Part shown: piece by piece, positions 13,231-26,739 of the stretch
Layout of the letters: each line of letters opens with the position of its first letter
How positions within the stretch are numbered: position 1 is the first letter of the stretch
From: Octopus vulgaris
Taxonomy: Eukaryota
Assembly: GCA_951406725.2 (NCBI GenBank)
Contig: OX597825.1
Location: 43,772,001 to 43,836,000, forward strand
DNA: 64,000 nucleotides
Direction of reading: 5' to 3'
Position numbers and translations under genes: made by a program
The notes under the pieces: model-generated
What the model was told of the DNA's origin: nothing
The model's database searches: none
What the model saw: the letters and a program-made list of their open reading frames with translations, nothing else

Positions 13231-14556
13231 GAAAGAAATCAAAGGGTACAGATGATATACTAGCTGCAGAATTAAATTTCTTCTATTTTAAATTTCAAAA
13301 TGCTTCTTTCACTCTTACATTGGATTTTTTCTTTCTTTCCTTTTTTCTTTTTCTTTTTCTTTTCCTTTATAAAATCTGTCAATTGTTAACAATTCAGAAA
13401 TAATATCATAAAACACTAATGTTTATGGAATCAAGAAATTGTTGAAAAAGTTCTGGTGGTGTACTTATACTGAAACTCAGTCTAAAAATCATTGTAAATT
13501 ACAGTGTAAAGCCTTTCCTCTAATGTTTTCATTCTGTCACTGTTGAATCTGAGACTTCAATAAAAGCATTCTTCTCATGTTTCATTTTATTCATCAACGA
13601 TAATCAAGCCCTGTATTGCTCCAATTAGGGAAATTTCCCCAATTTTAACTAAAATTGAAACCCAAGATGAATAACAGTGAGTTCACCAAAGTACTTAAGT
13701 GGCTACGAAAAATGCAAACACAAAGAGTAGCAATCTGATGAAATTTCTGAATTTCGAAGGCTATCAAACTAGTTTACAATCACATCTATTGTTAAACAAG
13801 CTAACCAAGCACCAGTGAAGTCAGAAATAGCACGCAGACCATAGCTCTTTCTAGCAATTTTCAACCCACTACTGACATTTTTGATATGGATAATGATCGT
13901 TGCAGTTAACATGAAAACACCACAGAACAAAGAAAGATAGATCTTGAATATGATCAAAGAAACAAATTTGGTGATCTCATACTGTCCATAATAGTTGATA
14001 ATTACTTCATACAGAACTGTTTAATGCAGGATATTGATATTTTTGAAAATTAAAAGAAATGGAAGCTGTATATACCAAATCTGTAGGATTTACAAGTAAA
14101 ACAGGTGTTAGTTTAGTCATAGAGCAAAGGCCGCATATACTTTTTTTTTTCTTCTTTTTTTTGCAAACTATTTTCTAAATATCAAACATCATTCACAAAA
14201 GATTAGTTTTCTGACTGGAAGGATGTACTCAGAATTCTGGCAAACTATGAAGATAGCATTTGATAACAAGAAAAATGAATAAAAAGACACTGTGGATCAG
14301 AAACTTGAAGAACAGGTGTGAAATATAGAGTCCTGTTTTGAAATACTGAAAACAATTGTGGCTGTTGTAATGGCTGTTTGGCATTTTTGAAGTCATAAGA
14401 GGAACAGGGGTTTACCAAATAATTGAAACTTTATAAGGACCATTTGACTTGCAGAAGAGTACAACTCATTTTTACATGAATTTGAGAAATATAAGAATGG
14501 AAAAGTCAATGCTATTTACGTATTCAGATAGAATTGATAGAAGTCATGAGAAAATA

Positions 14557-14788
14557 GGGCAGCGAGCTGGCTGAGACGTTAGCACACTGGGCAAAATGCT
14601 TAGCGGTATTTCGTCTGCCATTACGTTTTGAGTTCAAATTCCGCCGAGGTCGACTTTGCCTTTTAACCTTTCGGGGCCAATAGATTAAGTACCAGTTATG
14701 CACTAGGGTCGATGTAATCGATTTAATCCCTTTGTCTGGCCTTGTTTGTCCCCTCTATGTTTGGCCCCTTGTGGGCAATAAAGAAATA
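14557..14788 (+). mobile_element. Full-length SINE family B with 18-bp TSD
   Basis: TSD agaagtcatgagaaaata at 14539-14556 and 14789-14806; tRNA-like A and B boxes. Confidence 0.9.
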
Positions 14789-15110
14789 AGAAGTCATGAG
14801 AAAATATGTACATGATGAAATTTTGAATCAAATTAACAACCAATACACTAGATATTAGTTGACTCTACACCTGACCTGAAACATGTTGACCACCAGATAA
14901 TTATGACTTTATACTATTTAGACCCTGTGAGAGATTTTTAACATTTTTACCAACATAAAACCATTCATACATGACTGTGTTCAGTTAAATACAAGTTTTC
15001 AGTGAAATAAACTTTCATTTAAAACCGTCCATAGTCAGCCTGTCAATGAGGGATCTAACACAAAGGCATCAGAGAAAGGGTTACAAACACTTTTCAAAAA
15101 CATTAACATA

Positions 15111-15502
15111 GGCGCAGGAGTGGCTGTGTGGTAAGTAGCTTGCCTACCAACCATATAGTTCCGGGTTCAGTCCCACTGCATGGCACCTTGGGCAAGTGTC
15201 TTCTACTATAGCATCAGGCTGACCAAAGCCTTGTGAGTGGATTTGGTAGACGGAAACTGAAAGATGCTTGTCGAATATATATATGTGTGTGTGTGTATAC
15301 GTTTGTGTGTCTGTGTTTATCTCCCCAACATTGCTTGACAACCAATGCTGGTGTTTTTTCATACCCATAACTTAGCGGTTCAGCAAAAGAGACAGATAGA
15401 AGTACTGATCTTACAAAGAATAAGTCCTGGGGTCATTTCCCAAAGGTGGTGCTCCAGCATGGCAGCAGTCAAATGACTGAACAAATAAAAGAATAAAAGA
15501 AT
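15111..15502 (+). mobile_element. Full-length SINE family A, CpG-decayed
   Basis: Head ggcgcaggagtggctgtgtggtaag, B box ggttcagtccc, CORE-like ccttgggcaagt and an aaaagaat tail. Confidence 0.9.
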
Positions 15503-16929
15503 GTAAGCAGACTATGTATCACATGCAGCTTATTCACTCAACCTCATTGGAGAAAAGCAGTGGTTACTGTACCTGAAATTATTTAGTATTCTTACATTTT
15601 GACGGACCTGTATGCTTTATTTTCAGAATGTGCACAAAGCAGGTTGGCTCTCCTCACAAAGCAATCTAAATATTTCTCTGAATGAACCAGATGGTCCGCT
15701 CAGAATAAAGTAGTCAGAGCAATTAAAACACATTACACTCAAGAACTCAACCATATATTTAAAAGACTCAGAGGAGAACCTAAATGTAAACAAGATGCAA
15801 AGAATTTACATTGCAAATTAATAAAGTTGAAATATACTATTTTAACAGTTATTTGGGATTAAATGATGGACCAATTCAACAAAATCAGTAAGAAATTTCA
15901 AAACCTGTGATTTCTTCTGCTATATCATTTTTATTTTCGTTTGTTAAAAATCTCGAAGAAAATGCAGACAACAAGATTATACATTAAGAACCAGAAGCAT
16001 TCTTCCAAACGCTTTATGACAAAGAACTTTTCAAATAGAATAAGTTGTAGTGCTTCTTTGAAAGGAATTGAGAAACTTAGAGTAGAAGTCCCAAATCAAC
16101 CCAAATGATTGCTCAGTAATCCACTTACCTGAAAGAATTAACCCATATGAGCAATTTACCAAAAGGTTTCATTTCTTCTAAAAATTGAAGAACAGTTGAA
16201 GAAAATAATATTGAATTTATAATATGACCAGAATGTAATATTGGCCAGAAATTAGTGAAAGAATGTAATCCATTCAGAGAATAATTACACCTTAGAAAAT
16301 CCTTGGACAAAGACAAAAGGCACCATTTAGAACGCAACGCAAATTATTCTTTAGCTTATCTATAAGCAACACCTAATTCACACACACACAAACACATACA
16401 CACAGTATAAGGTAATTTTTATTCACACAAATAATTTTGACATGTGTAGTAGCTCAAAACAGCAACTTAAATAAATAAAATAAAACTTCAGTCATACTGA
16501 CTAAATTTAATCTTTTAACTTGTAGTGGCCTGGCATGGAAAAAACTGAAGTGAGAATCCAGAGCTTGTAACTGATAGGAAAAACTCACTGCTTGGCCCTA
16601 TTTTCTAGAACTTTGCCCAATCACACCTTTCTCCACCTTTTGGGCCTCAAAATTTGTGCATGGGTGGCAAGACTTTCAGCTGTTAGATATTGCCCAGTTG
16701 TTACCTATTGCAAAGTAGGACCCATAACAGTTCAAACTCTGAAATTGCAGGTCAGAAGTATTCGAGTAAAACAGCATTCGAATGCATCCTGTCAAGGGAA
16801 ATAACTTTATAAGATTTCCAAGATTCAAGGAAGATGACTCCTACTTTTGAGTAAGGTGTCTTTTTCTTTCTATTTTGTTGGTGTGCTTTTTTTCTTTTTT
16901 GTCATTTTAATATTTTGGTTTAAAGATTA

Positions 16930-17080
16930 AAGCGACGAGCTGACAGAATAGTATGAAAGCTGGACAAAATTCCCTTTTCGCTGTCATTAAAACAAGTACC
17001 AGTCAAACACTGGGGTCAATTTAATCAACTTATCCCTCCACCGAAATTAGTGGTCTTGTATCGAAAAGTGAAGCCAATAT
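16930..17080 (+). mobile_element. SINE family B, diverged
   Basis: gcgacgagctgacagaat...aagtaccagt...ctggggtc. Confidence 0.6.
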
Positions 17081-18898
17081 TTTGGCCTTAAAACAGGGTT
17101 TCCACCAGTTGTGTACATAAACTCTTCAAGACCAGTGAGATTCTTTTTGCTGCAAGTTGACAGGTACAGGAAAAGTACTGGGAAAAGAAAGAGAGTCTGT
17201 GCAAAGTGATTTAGAGGAAGCAAACTGTGCGAACTGTAAATAGATGGAAGAGAATTAGCTGGCTCTAAGAAGAGGCCACTGCAGTGGCGTTCGTAGCCAA
17301 GGGTTAAAATGAGTTAAACAGAGAATTCGTGACAATCATTTTAAATGGTGTTTTGTCGGTCTAGGACGTTCACATGTGTAATAGCAGCACTGACCAACAT
17401 TTTGTAACAGTGCTCTATTATGGGGTCTCTTGAACTTTGGTAAAATTAGTCACAGCTGAGAGCTAAAGAATTTTCTTTTAAAGAAGAAGGAAACCAATTT
17501 TTATAATGCAATCTTTATTGTGAGGAAAGATCACCAGAGAAGATTATCAGTAATGGAGGTTTTGTACAGATTTGATGTGACTTTTTTTATGTTGAATATG
17601 GATAATACGTGGGTAGAGAAGATTCGGAAAGATTATCTTCTGTATAATAGTAAGCATTGTCAGATTGGGTTGTGTAAGTCGTTCATGAGTAGAAGAAAGA
17701 GTATGTAACATAAGGCTTTAAAAAATTGATACTGTTTGTGCTTCCTGAAACACGTAGTTCATAATTTTCTTATACAATAAGTATGATTAATAAAACCACA
17801 TAAGCAATAGCATTCTGCCATTTTTTAAATTTTTTCCCCAGTTTTAACATAGTAGCTACTCTTTAAGTATGTATGACAATTGCACCCTTACATTCAAGTA
17901 ATAAGTGGATATGTATGTACACATGCACGCACGCATGTAGGTAGGTATATATGTATATATGTATACAGAGAAGGAGAAACAGATAGAGAGAGGAAAATCT
18001 TCTTTTTTTTTTTTCTGATGATGATTAAGTGAAAATGAAAAAAATTAAAACGAAATTATAATTGGGTGGTTTTTATTACACCGAATCGGGGATCATAAAA
18101 AGTTAATTTAGAAATAATGTAAGGAAAAAACAATATTATTTGTCAATCACTAATTGTATTTTCAGTTTTCAAGTAAATTACGGAAGGCAGCTTTGAATTA
18201 AATGCTATGTCTCCAACTTTCACTGCACTTGCCAATGTGCTAATAAGAGAAGCACTAATATAGGAAAATAGAATTGTTTATAGATTAAATAATTCATTGA
18301 CAGCACCTACATAAAAGGAAAAAAGTTAGTCTATACATATTTAAACAACGAAACGTCAAAAACGCAAAACAACAATAATAGAATTTTTGATGTTTATTCA
18401 TTAAAATATTCCATGTTCCCAGGATGGCTCATGCAAAACGACTGGGAAGATAATGCTTTTGCTATAGCATTAAATTTGTTTTGTTCTTCACGTTTCGAAG
18501 TTCATATAAATTGTGAGGAGACGACAGCTGGTTTAGCAAGAGTTACCTCCCTTGGACTGTTAGCCGGTGTTTATCGTCTATTTGTCAGCAAGTTATACAT
18601 GCACATTTGAACATGCATATCTTAATACACTACACATACACGCTAATACCTAGATTCCCATTTTTATATTCATTCTCTCAACGTAGACATCACAACCACT
18701 GTTACATTTACGATGATAATGTGTATGTGTGTGTATGTTCTGACCATCAAACACAAACTGTTTTTATTTCAAATTTTTATTAATATTTGATAAGATGAAA
18801 TTCATCATCAAAACCGATAATGTTTATTGTTTTCTAAATAATCATTATATTAAATTCTTTCTAAATTGAAATGTCTCACATTTACTTCTATGCTGTTT

Positions 18899-18935
<37 letters not shown>

Positions 18936-18984
18936 GCACTTTTAAGCTAGTATATAGCCTTTAAGCAACTGACCCTGAATGGGA

Positions 18985-19070
18985 ATATCTGCAAACAGAT
19001 CTCTGACTTGTTTTGGAGAATTTGTTACAATTGCTTCCTCAAGAGTCTTATCCCAATGATGATCATATTC
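18985..19070 (-). mobile_element. Helitron RepHel coding fragment
   Basis: DHHWDKTLEEAIVTNSPKQVRDLFA resembles the D.HWD.TLEEA...P.Q.R.LFA segment between the Rep and helicase domains. Confidence 0.6.
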
Positions 19071-19074
19071 ATCG

Positions 19075-19365
19075 CTAAAAATCATGTAAAACAAATCGCC
19101 GAAAACAATCAAAGTAATGAAAACATAGGAATCCAAAATTTCAGGATTGCTGATCCGGATTCGGCCCGGAATGTTTTTAATTTACTCATGGAGTTAGCCT
19201 TTAGATTATAAAAATCATTATCGAAGAAAAAAACTTGTCACAAAAAGTCATGTAAAAAAATCGCTGGAAACAATCACAGTAATGAAAACTTGGGAATCCA
19301 GAAGTTCAGGATTGTGGGTCTGGATTTGGCCCAGAATGATTTTTATTTACTCAGGGAGTCAGCCT
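19075..19365. repeat. Tandem direct repeat, two copies, about 165-bp period
   Basis: tcatgtaaaa..aatcgc.g.aaacaatca.agtaatgaaaac...tttactca.ggagt.agcct occurs twice. Confidence 0.8.
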
Positions 19366-19369
19366 GATT

Positions 19370-19535
19370 AAGGTGGTGAGCTGGCAGAATCATTAGCACA
19401 CCGAGCAAAATGCTTAGCAGAATTTCGTCTACCATTTGGTTTTGAGTTCAAATTCTGTCAAGGTCAACTTTGCTTTTCATCCTTTCAACAGTACTAATAT
19501 AATTAGCACCAGTTACGTACTGGGGTCAATGTAAT
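19370..19535 (+). mobile_element. SINE family B
   Basis: aggtggtgagctggcagaatcattagcac...gagttcaaattc. Confidence 0.8.
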
Positions 19536-20584
19536 ATCAATATATGTTGATGCTACACACACACCCATGTACCACATATTGCAGTCGACATTTATTTTTA
19601 AATATCTGATATAACGATAAAATTAAAGTGATAACAAATTAAAATAAATATGTGCATTAAAAAAAAAACATAAAATAAAGCAAACTACAGATGTGGTATT
19701 GTGTATTTCAGCTAGAATGTTTTAGACATGCAAAGTTGGAGTGTAGGACAAAACCCCCTCGGAAAAGATAAAACTTTGGAAAAAACCTTGAGGATGATAT
19801 CCCAATAGGACAAAAAATAAAAAACTTTTTTTTTTATAATTTACGAACATTTCTCGGAGATGTAAAATATTAATTATTTAATAGACCCAATCACAAAAAT
19901 GAACATAATAAAGAGAACATCATACCGTATCTTTGAAAAATTAAAACAAACACAATATTGAAAACTTCATTAAGTGCTGAGGTTCATTTGAAGTTCTTTT
20001 TACTACATCCTGATGCTGCACCCTGGTCTTCCTCTCATTCACATAGTCCAGAAGAAGGGGGTTGTTCAGACCCTGCAAAGTTGTAGAGGAAACTAAACCA
20101 CAAACATATAACAAATGTTTGCCATGAAAATTCATCCAGGATTGTCACCTTTCTAGTTTATAGATTATAAGTTATTACATATTGCGTTTTTTACATTTTT
20201 CCTCTTTTGCTAGTTTTAGTCATGCTTGGACAATGCCCTCAAGCATTTAATCAGTTATATCAACCCTAGTATTTATTTCAATCTGGTTATTATTATTATT
20301 ATTTTACTTTTTTCTGTGAATATCAAACCACTCTGTAATAGGACATAAAAGGATACAATATAAACAATGTTAGTTTGAAGGAGTATGACCATACACTTGA
20401 ACAGCACACAGATATACATGGTTGTCTATGTGTGTGTATGTATGTATGTATGTATGTATGTATGTATGTATGTATGTATGTATGTATGTATGTACGCATG
20501 CTTATTGTGTGTGCCCGTGCATGTGTGTGTGAGAGAGAGAGAGTTCTTAAAATGCAATTTTGGCCTGTGTTGTAATCTCATACC

Positions 20585-20800
20585 AGATGTCAACTCACCA
20601 TAAAGGATTTGTTTGGGAATTCTGATGTCATCTTGTCATATTAGATGGCTTAAGCAGCAGACCCTGCATTTATCGAACTAAGCTTCAATGCTAAGTGTGT
20701 CAACATTTTGGAGTACTTCAGAATCAGGTGTATGGATACTGCAATGAACACCAGAATTTTATGAAGGCATCTGGTCGAACTGCTCTAGAATTTTGAGATG
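20585..20800 (-). mobile_element. RTE-BovB LINE relic
   Basis: Minus-strand translation gives DDIRIPKQILYGEL. Confidence 0.55.
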
Positions 20801-21489
20801 CTTGCTGTAGACAAACCAAGTTTCACATGACTAAAGGAGTATCATAAGGACACTTGCATTATATACTGCAATTTTATTGCCTTTTTAAATTCCTTTCTAA
20901 TCTGAAGCACATATATAAAGACTGATAAAAGCATTAGTGGTTTTTCTGCTGTGCAAAGCTATTTCATCATCAAGTAAACAGTACTGATTAATCACAGTTC
21001 CTATGCATGAAAATTTGCCAACATTGCACCTGTGACCTTTGACATAAATTGAGAGTTCAACCTAGGCAGATCTGGGAGTTAGCTAGTCAGGTGAAACATT
21101 ACCTCTGCTTTTTTAAGGTTAATGGTTGGCCCTAATGCCATACAAGATTGTGAGATCCTATTTGTAAGTGAGTGTGTTACAAGATCATAATCATTGGTAT
21201 ATGTAATCTATATGCTAGAGAATTTTCCTGCTGATCTGCACCCACAAGACACACGAAAGTACATAATCAGTGTGTTGTACAGAATGAGCACCTGATTGCA
21301 ACACGTGAAAATGAATGCTACAGCTGCAATAGAAATTTGCATATCACTTGCTGGCTTTAAAAGCTTTGTAGGTTCTGTGGTCACAGAAAAAAAGAAAAGG
21401 TAGGACAGATAGAAAGACCAAGTGCACTCTTCTCTCTTGCACAATGCATCTAATTCCTCTTATGCCTAACTTTTCTCTCAGTACAATAG

Positions 21490-21930
21490 CACTCCGTTGC
21501 ATATATACACTGACGATGCACATCCACAGAGTATACTAGCTTCATCTCTCTCTAGTCTTCACATGTCCACTTTATTCAGAGCCCACGTCTCATTACCATG
21601 TAGCATTGCTATTCATTCACATGCATCATACAATCTTCCTCTCACTCAGAGAGAGAGGTGGGAGTCATTTGCTAGCCAATAGAGGTAAAGACTCTCTGAA
21701 TTTTCTCCATCCTGTTCTTATTCTTGTAATTACACTTTTTGTACATCTTTCCCCTCTGCTAATTAGGTCCCCTGAGGTAGCAGAAATTATCCACTACTTC
21801 TAAAGAGCTTGCTAAGTATCTGTAGTTTTTATGGCTCCTGTGCATTTGCACTGGGTACAGGGTATGGAATTCCTACCTACATATTGAGCAGAGCTATTTT
21901 ACCTTATGAGGGTAGGTCTTACCTGTTTTC
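21490..21930 (-). mobile_element. Decayed RTE-type LINE fragment
   Basis: LHGNETWAL-like motif near 21590 and CIVSV-like flanks; highly degenerate. Confidence 0.45.
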
Positions 21931-23489
21931 TTGCTTACTAGATCCTTAGTCTAAAATGTACAGTGTTTCTACTTTTTAAACTCTTGAGAGGAAATTGATA
22001 ACTCTGAAGATTTTGTGAGAAAAATTCTGTTTCTAAAAACAATCTGCAATTAACCATAATTTTGTCTTCAACCAGCAACAATGAAAATGATAGAAAGCAC
22101 CATTCCAAAAAGAAAAAGCTGCTTTAGAAAAAGATTTAAAACATCTTGGTTTAAAACCCTTTATGGAAAAGATTTCAGCCTGAGTGTCTGTTAGAAATGA
22201 ATGCTAACTATACCAAAAGTGATATATATATATTATCAACTAAATCTTTAGGGAAGCTGAATATAAGAAAGACACCAGAAAGAGACTTAATAATTGTAAA
22301 GAGGTAGAATATATTGATAGTTTATTAATCACTTACCTATATGGTTTAACAGATTTTATAAGGAGAAATATGTCCAACCCATGGAAAATGGATATTAAAG
22401 GATGATGATGATGTTGATGAAATTGACACTCCAAAGTGGATACCACAACCTAGACAAATTTTGTTGCTAAGAATTTTAAAAAAATACTGGTTACTGAAAA
22501 TTATGAGTCTAAATGCCCTCTTGATCATTATGTTCTGGTTCATTATAAGTTGTTTAAAATAATTTTCCCAAAATTACTATAATTCAAATGAATTAATTAC
22601 TCACAAGCAGGTATGTTGTAGGAAAGAAGTATCATAATGTGACATCTAATTAACAAAGTTTTGTCATTTGAAATTCCTATATTCTTATTTGATCCAGCCA
22701 GAGGCTATGTCCAAACTGGAGCACTACCAAGAACATACTTTCTGCAAATAGATTGTGATAATATGGCTTGATTTTACATGCCAGCTCAAATAACTAAATT
22801 TAATAAAAGTACTGTCTGCCATAGTTGTTGCTATTGTAATGCTCACTAAGAAACTGGTCAACTTCATTTTGTCTTAATGCTTTATACCTTTCAAAATAAA
22901 TAATCCAAATATACAGTCACTCTGTGCTTCTGTGTATATTATAAAAATCTAGTTATTATACGATAGGGCTTACAAAAAAATTCAAATGTAACCCATAATT
23001 TCTTTGTTGACAACATCTACAATGAAGAGAAATAAATTAAATAACATTTTCAGCTAAAAGAGAGATAGTTTGATCAAAATCATGATCCTCATTATTTTAC
23101 TTCTACTTTTCAATATTTATTTAAGTTGAACAGTTTTCTTGAGGTTGTGTTTTATTGCTGGATGCCCTTCTTGATGCCAACCCTTTAAATTACTTCTCAC
23201 AACATGCAGAGATGCAGTGTACCTATTCAAAAACACACAGCACAGAATTTGAGAAAAAGAAAATATTCATCTAAAAACCTGGGGAAAATATTTTCAAAAC
23301 TAAATACACCCAGTCAGTAGTCTCTCTGCATTCCATATTCCAAACAAGTGCTATAAATATGTTGATGTTGTTGAAATATATCATACAACATTTTACAGCT
23401 GGTTTTTAAATATTTGGCAGTTGGAACTTCTCTCAAGCAATAAGACAATATCTCAAGATGCAGTCACAATAAAAGTAGTGGTACCAATA

Positions 23490-23690
23490 TTGACTTCAAA
23501 TTTTGGCACAAGACCAGCAAGTTTTGTGGGAGGATGCTAGTCGATTACATCACCCCCAATGTTCAACTAATACTTATTTTATCAACCCCTAAAAGGATGG
23601 GAGGCAAAGTCGACATCAGCTAAATTTGAACTCAGAATATAAAGACAGACAATAAGCATGCAAACAATTCTGCCAGCTTGCTACCTTAGT
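23490..23690 (-). mobile_element. SINE family B
   Basis: Reverse complement of the family B body (aaaggatgggaggcaaagtcgac...tttgaactcag). Confidence 0.75.
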
Positions 23691-25248
23691 TGTGGCACCA
23701 ATATTAAAACCAGAAATATGCTAACATTGATTTCGAAATAAGATGATTTTTATTTTGGTCTGGTTGTCATTCTTTCTCTCTTGAACATGTCCTTTTTTTA
23801 TTTATTACCTCTGTTCATGAATATCCAGAGAGCACAATGTAGTCAAACCACCCAATCAATTGCGAAAAGGCTTTATAGAAAGAAAACAAGTCAGAAATAA
23901 CTTTTGGTCAATAAATTTGCATAACTGAAATTATATAAATAAAATTAACTTAAAGAAATTACTTGGAATTGATTGCAGTCTAGCCATCATGTCAGTCCTG
24001 TGATTAAGTTGGACTCTAACTGCCATCCTTTAACAATTATGATGTAAAATGGTGCCCTGTATCAGAAAAATTATGCTGAATAAGGGCTTTAGCAAAAAGG
24101 GTCTTAGCTGTGATGTTGACTAGTTGAGTTGTTTTAAGTCATCTGTCAATGTAGATGCATAGATAACTGTGTCTATGTAAAGACAGAAGTGATCCTAGGA
24201 AAATGAGATGCATGCATTTAGAGATCGCAGTTGTCTTTAGTAGTGACTTCATGTGGCAAGGTACCATTGCTTTCTGACATTCAATGCAGGGGCAGGTCTA
24301 CTCTCAAGTCTTTTTGTTCAAGTCAGATTTAACAAAGGATGTCAGCACCAACTTTGCATTAAAATGGCACCTGGTTATTATAGGAAACAGCAAGCATTTA
24401 TAATCTCATGGTGATGCTTTGTGTCACACATGAGCACTCATGACAAGTGGTATGTCTTATGTATCAAAGTTTTTCACAGTACTTCAGTAAGTTTAAATAA
24501 CCTACAAAAACATTCTGGGAAAGAGACAGGGTAGATTTGCAAGGTGATGGGCTCTTATTATATAGATGTGCAGAAAGTAGGTTGGTGGTGAAAATTGTCT
24601 TTGCATGGCATGCCAAACATGATGGATAGTCCATAGAGGACCAAAAGAAAGAAAAAACAGAAACATGGTGGTGCTCAAGCATGACCGCAGCCGCATGGCT
24701 GAAATGAGTAAAAAAGTAAAAGACATGGATGGAACACCAGCAAAAGGCTCACAAAACTGCACACTTTTGGCACAACTATCAAAACAACAGAAACAACAAA
24801 GCCCAAACCCACAACAACATCAAGCAAGTTCACAACCACACGACTTTTACTAAATAGCAGGAAATCACACAACTACAACAACAAACACGGATAAATCACC
24901 AAAAAGAGCAACAGAAAATAACCAAATTCTCAAGAGACAAACTTCATCAACTTCCCCAGTGTAAATAAAAATGACAGTGAATTGTTAGAATATATATATA
25001 CTTAAGTTAAAGGCACCAGAATTTGGTGAATTATCCATATAATTCAAACTGGGGTGATTATAATCAAAATAAGCAACAAGGATATCCAAAGGTAATGCAG
25101 TATGATCGCTTCATGCGACTCCATTTAAGTAAACAATGCAAGTATTACATCAGTTTATAAGTATAAAAGTAAGTATAAAATAAGTATAAGTATAAGTATA
25201 ATAAGTATAAAAATGATTCTTTTCAATTTAACTTAATTCTATATTGAT

Positions 25249-25338
25249 ATGCAGCTGAAGATTGCTCTACGTTTTAAAACTGTTGTAATACTTGCATTGT
25301 TTAACTCAATGGAGTCGCATGAAACGATCGTACTGCAT
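25249..25338 (+). ncRNA. Type I hammerhead ribozyme (family B, best copy)
   Basis: atgcag-CTGAAGA-t.tgc...gca.t-GAAA-cgatcg-TA-ctgcat, with a 6-bp stem I and palindromic stem III ACGATCGT. An inverted partial copy lies at 25059-25155. Confidence 0.8.
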
Positions 25339-25369
25339 TACCTTTGGATATCCTTGTTGCTTATTTTGA

Positions 25370-25440
<71 letters not shown>

Positions 25441-25469
25441 CAGTCTATATATTCTGTACCTTCTATATA

Positions 25470-25600
25470 TGTATCGGCAAAAAGAGCTCAATAGAATAAG
25501 TACTCAGCTTACAAAGAATAAGTCCGGGGTCGATTTGTTTGGCTAAAGGTGGTGCTCCACCATGGCCACAGTCAAATGACTGAAACAAGTAAAAGAATAA
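25470..25600 (+). mobile_element. SINE family A, 3' part
   Basis: tagaataagtact..gcttacaaagaataagtcc...gactgaaacaagtaaaag. Confidence 0.8.
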
Positions 25601-25607
25601 ACAGGAA

Positions 25608-25667
<60 letters not shown>

Positions 25668-25789
25668 GTATATATACATGTATATATATGTATATATATA
25701 TATAATAATTATAATAATAATATTAGGGAGTATAATTCCAAACTTACAAAGAAAAATTCAATTTAGTATTAAATCAAATTTCACGGTAT

Positions 25790-25868
25790 AAATATATAAA
25801 ATATAAATTAGAGATAAAACCACTATTATGCAACTCAAACAGTGATAGACATAAACCAATACATAAAT

Positions 25869-25912
<44 letters not shown>

Positions 25913-26179
25913 AAATATATAACTTATAACTAGATCTCAAAAAGTATAAAATGAATGATAAATATATAATATAATAAGTAAAAACACTACGTACATTTCA
26001 CGGCTACAATTAACCTGAAGATTGACTATAATTTTAATTCGAATTTATTTCAATTGAATTCTTAATTGTAATTCGAATTTAATTGTAGCCATGAAACGTA
26101 CGTAGTGTTTTTATTATATTATATATTTATCATTTATTTTATACTTTTTGAGATCTAGTTATGTTATATGTTTTAAAAT

Positions 26180-26214
<35 letters not shown>

Positions 26215-26290
26215 TTTGCTATTTATGTATTGGTTTATGTCTATCCTTATTTGAGTTGCATAATAGTGGTTTTATCTCTAATTTATATTT

Positions 26291-26297
<7 letters not shown>
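25790..26297. repeat. Long inverted repeat (about 220-bp arms) centred on an HHR
   Basis: 25790-26012 is the reverse complement of about 26079-26297. Confidence 0.85.
26013..26110 (+). ncRNA. Type I hammerhead ribozyme motif (family D), stem I 5' strand truncated by the inversion
   Basis: ac-CTGAAGA-t.tgactataatt...aattgtagcca.t-GAAA-cgtacg-TA-gt; palindromic stem III ACGTACGT. Confidence 0.7.
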
Positions 26298-26336
<39 letters not shown>

Positions 26337-26739
26337 ATATACATTTGAAAGACAAAATGGAAATAAAAGGGGATGAGTTTTAGAAATTCATCACCAAAAC
26401 TCCCCAAAACAAATTATTAAAGAAAATCTTGGCTATAGAACACTTCTTTAAAAATTCCAGTCCACTGTAGGGATTTTCAAGAATATAATCAATAAGAGAC
26501 AATTCAGAGGGACCATTGGAAAAACATATACCTAAAGAGAAAATTGACCAAGTAGAGTGACCTGTCACCTGTTTTTCCTTTAACATGACCATATTCAGGA
26601 TTATATTTATAAATGTATATGGTCGAAGGTCAGCTTGAAAGCAAGATCATTTGCTCAATGACCTCAGTCCCTAAACTGATCATTCTCTGTCACGTTCTCC
26701 TGTTGGTGTTGGTACCATTTTCAGTCTACTTCAAAATCA

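Larger units (their letters stand above)
13650..16350 (+). mobile_element. Decayed hAT transposase relic with nested SINEs
   Basis: VDSTPDLKHVD near 14860, CAAYSLNLIG near 15525 and TRWSA near 15690 are hAT catalytic-region motifs. Boundaries are approximate. Confidence 0.65.

Noticed and set aside
15111-15185. tRNA gene
   Set aside because: The A/B boxes belong to the tRNA-derived SINE head, which continues into the SINE body in many copies, and no full cloverleaf is evident.
16121-16140. Recursive-splice-like tttcAG|GTAAGT on the minus strand
   Set aside because: It is a single short motif inside a hAT relic and could be chance.
21208-21374. Possible terminal coding exon on the minus strand (PTKLLKPASDMQISIAAVAF...)
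   Set aside because: The acceptor is good, but there is no recognisable homology or linked upstream exon. It is kept only as a hint in the CpG-domain finding.
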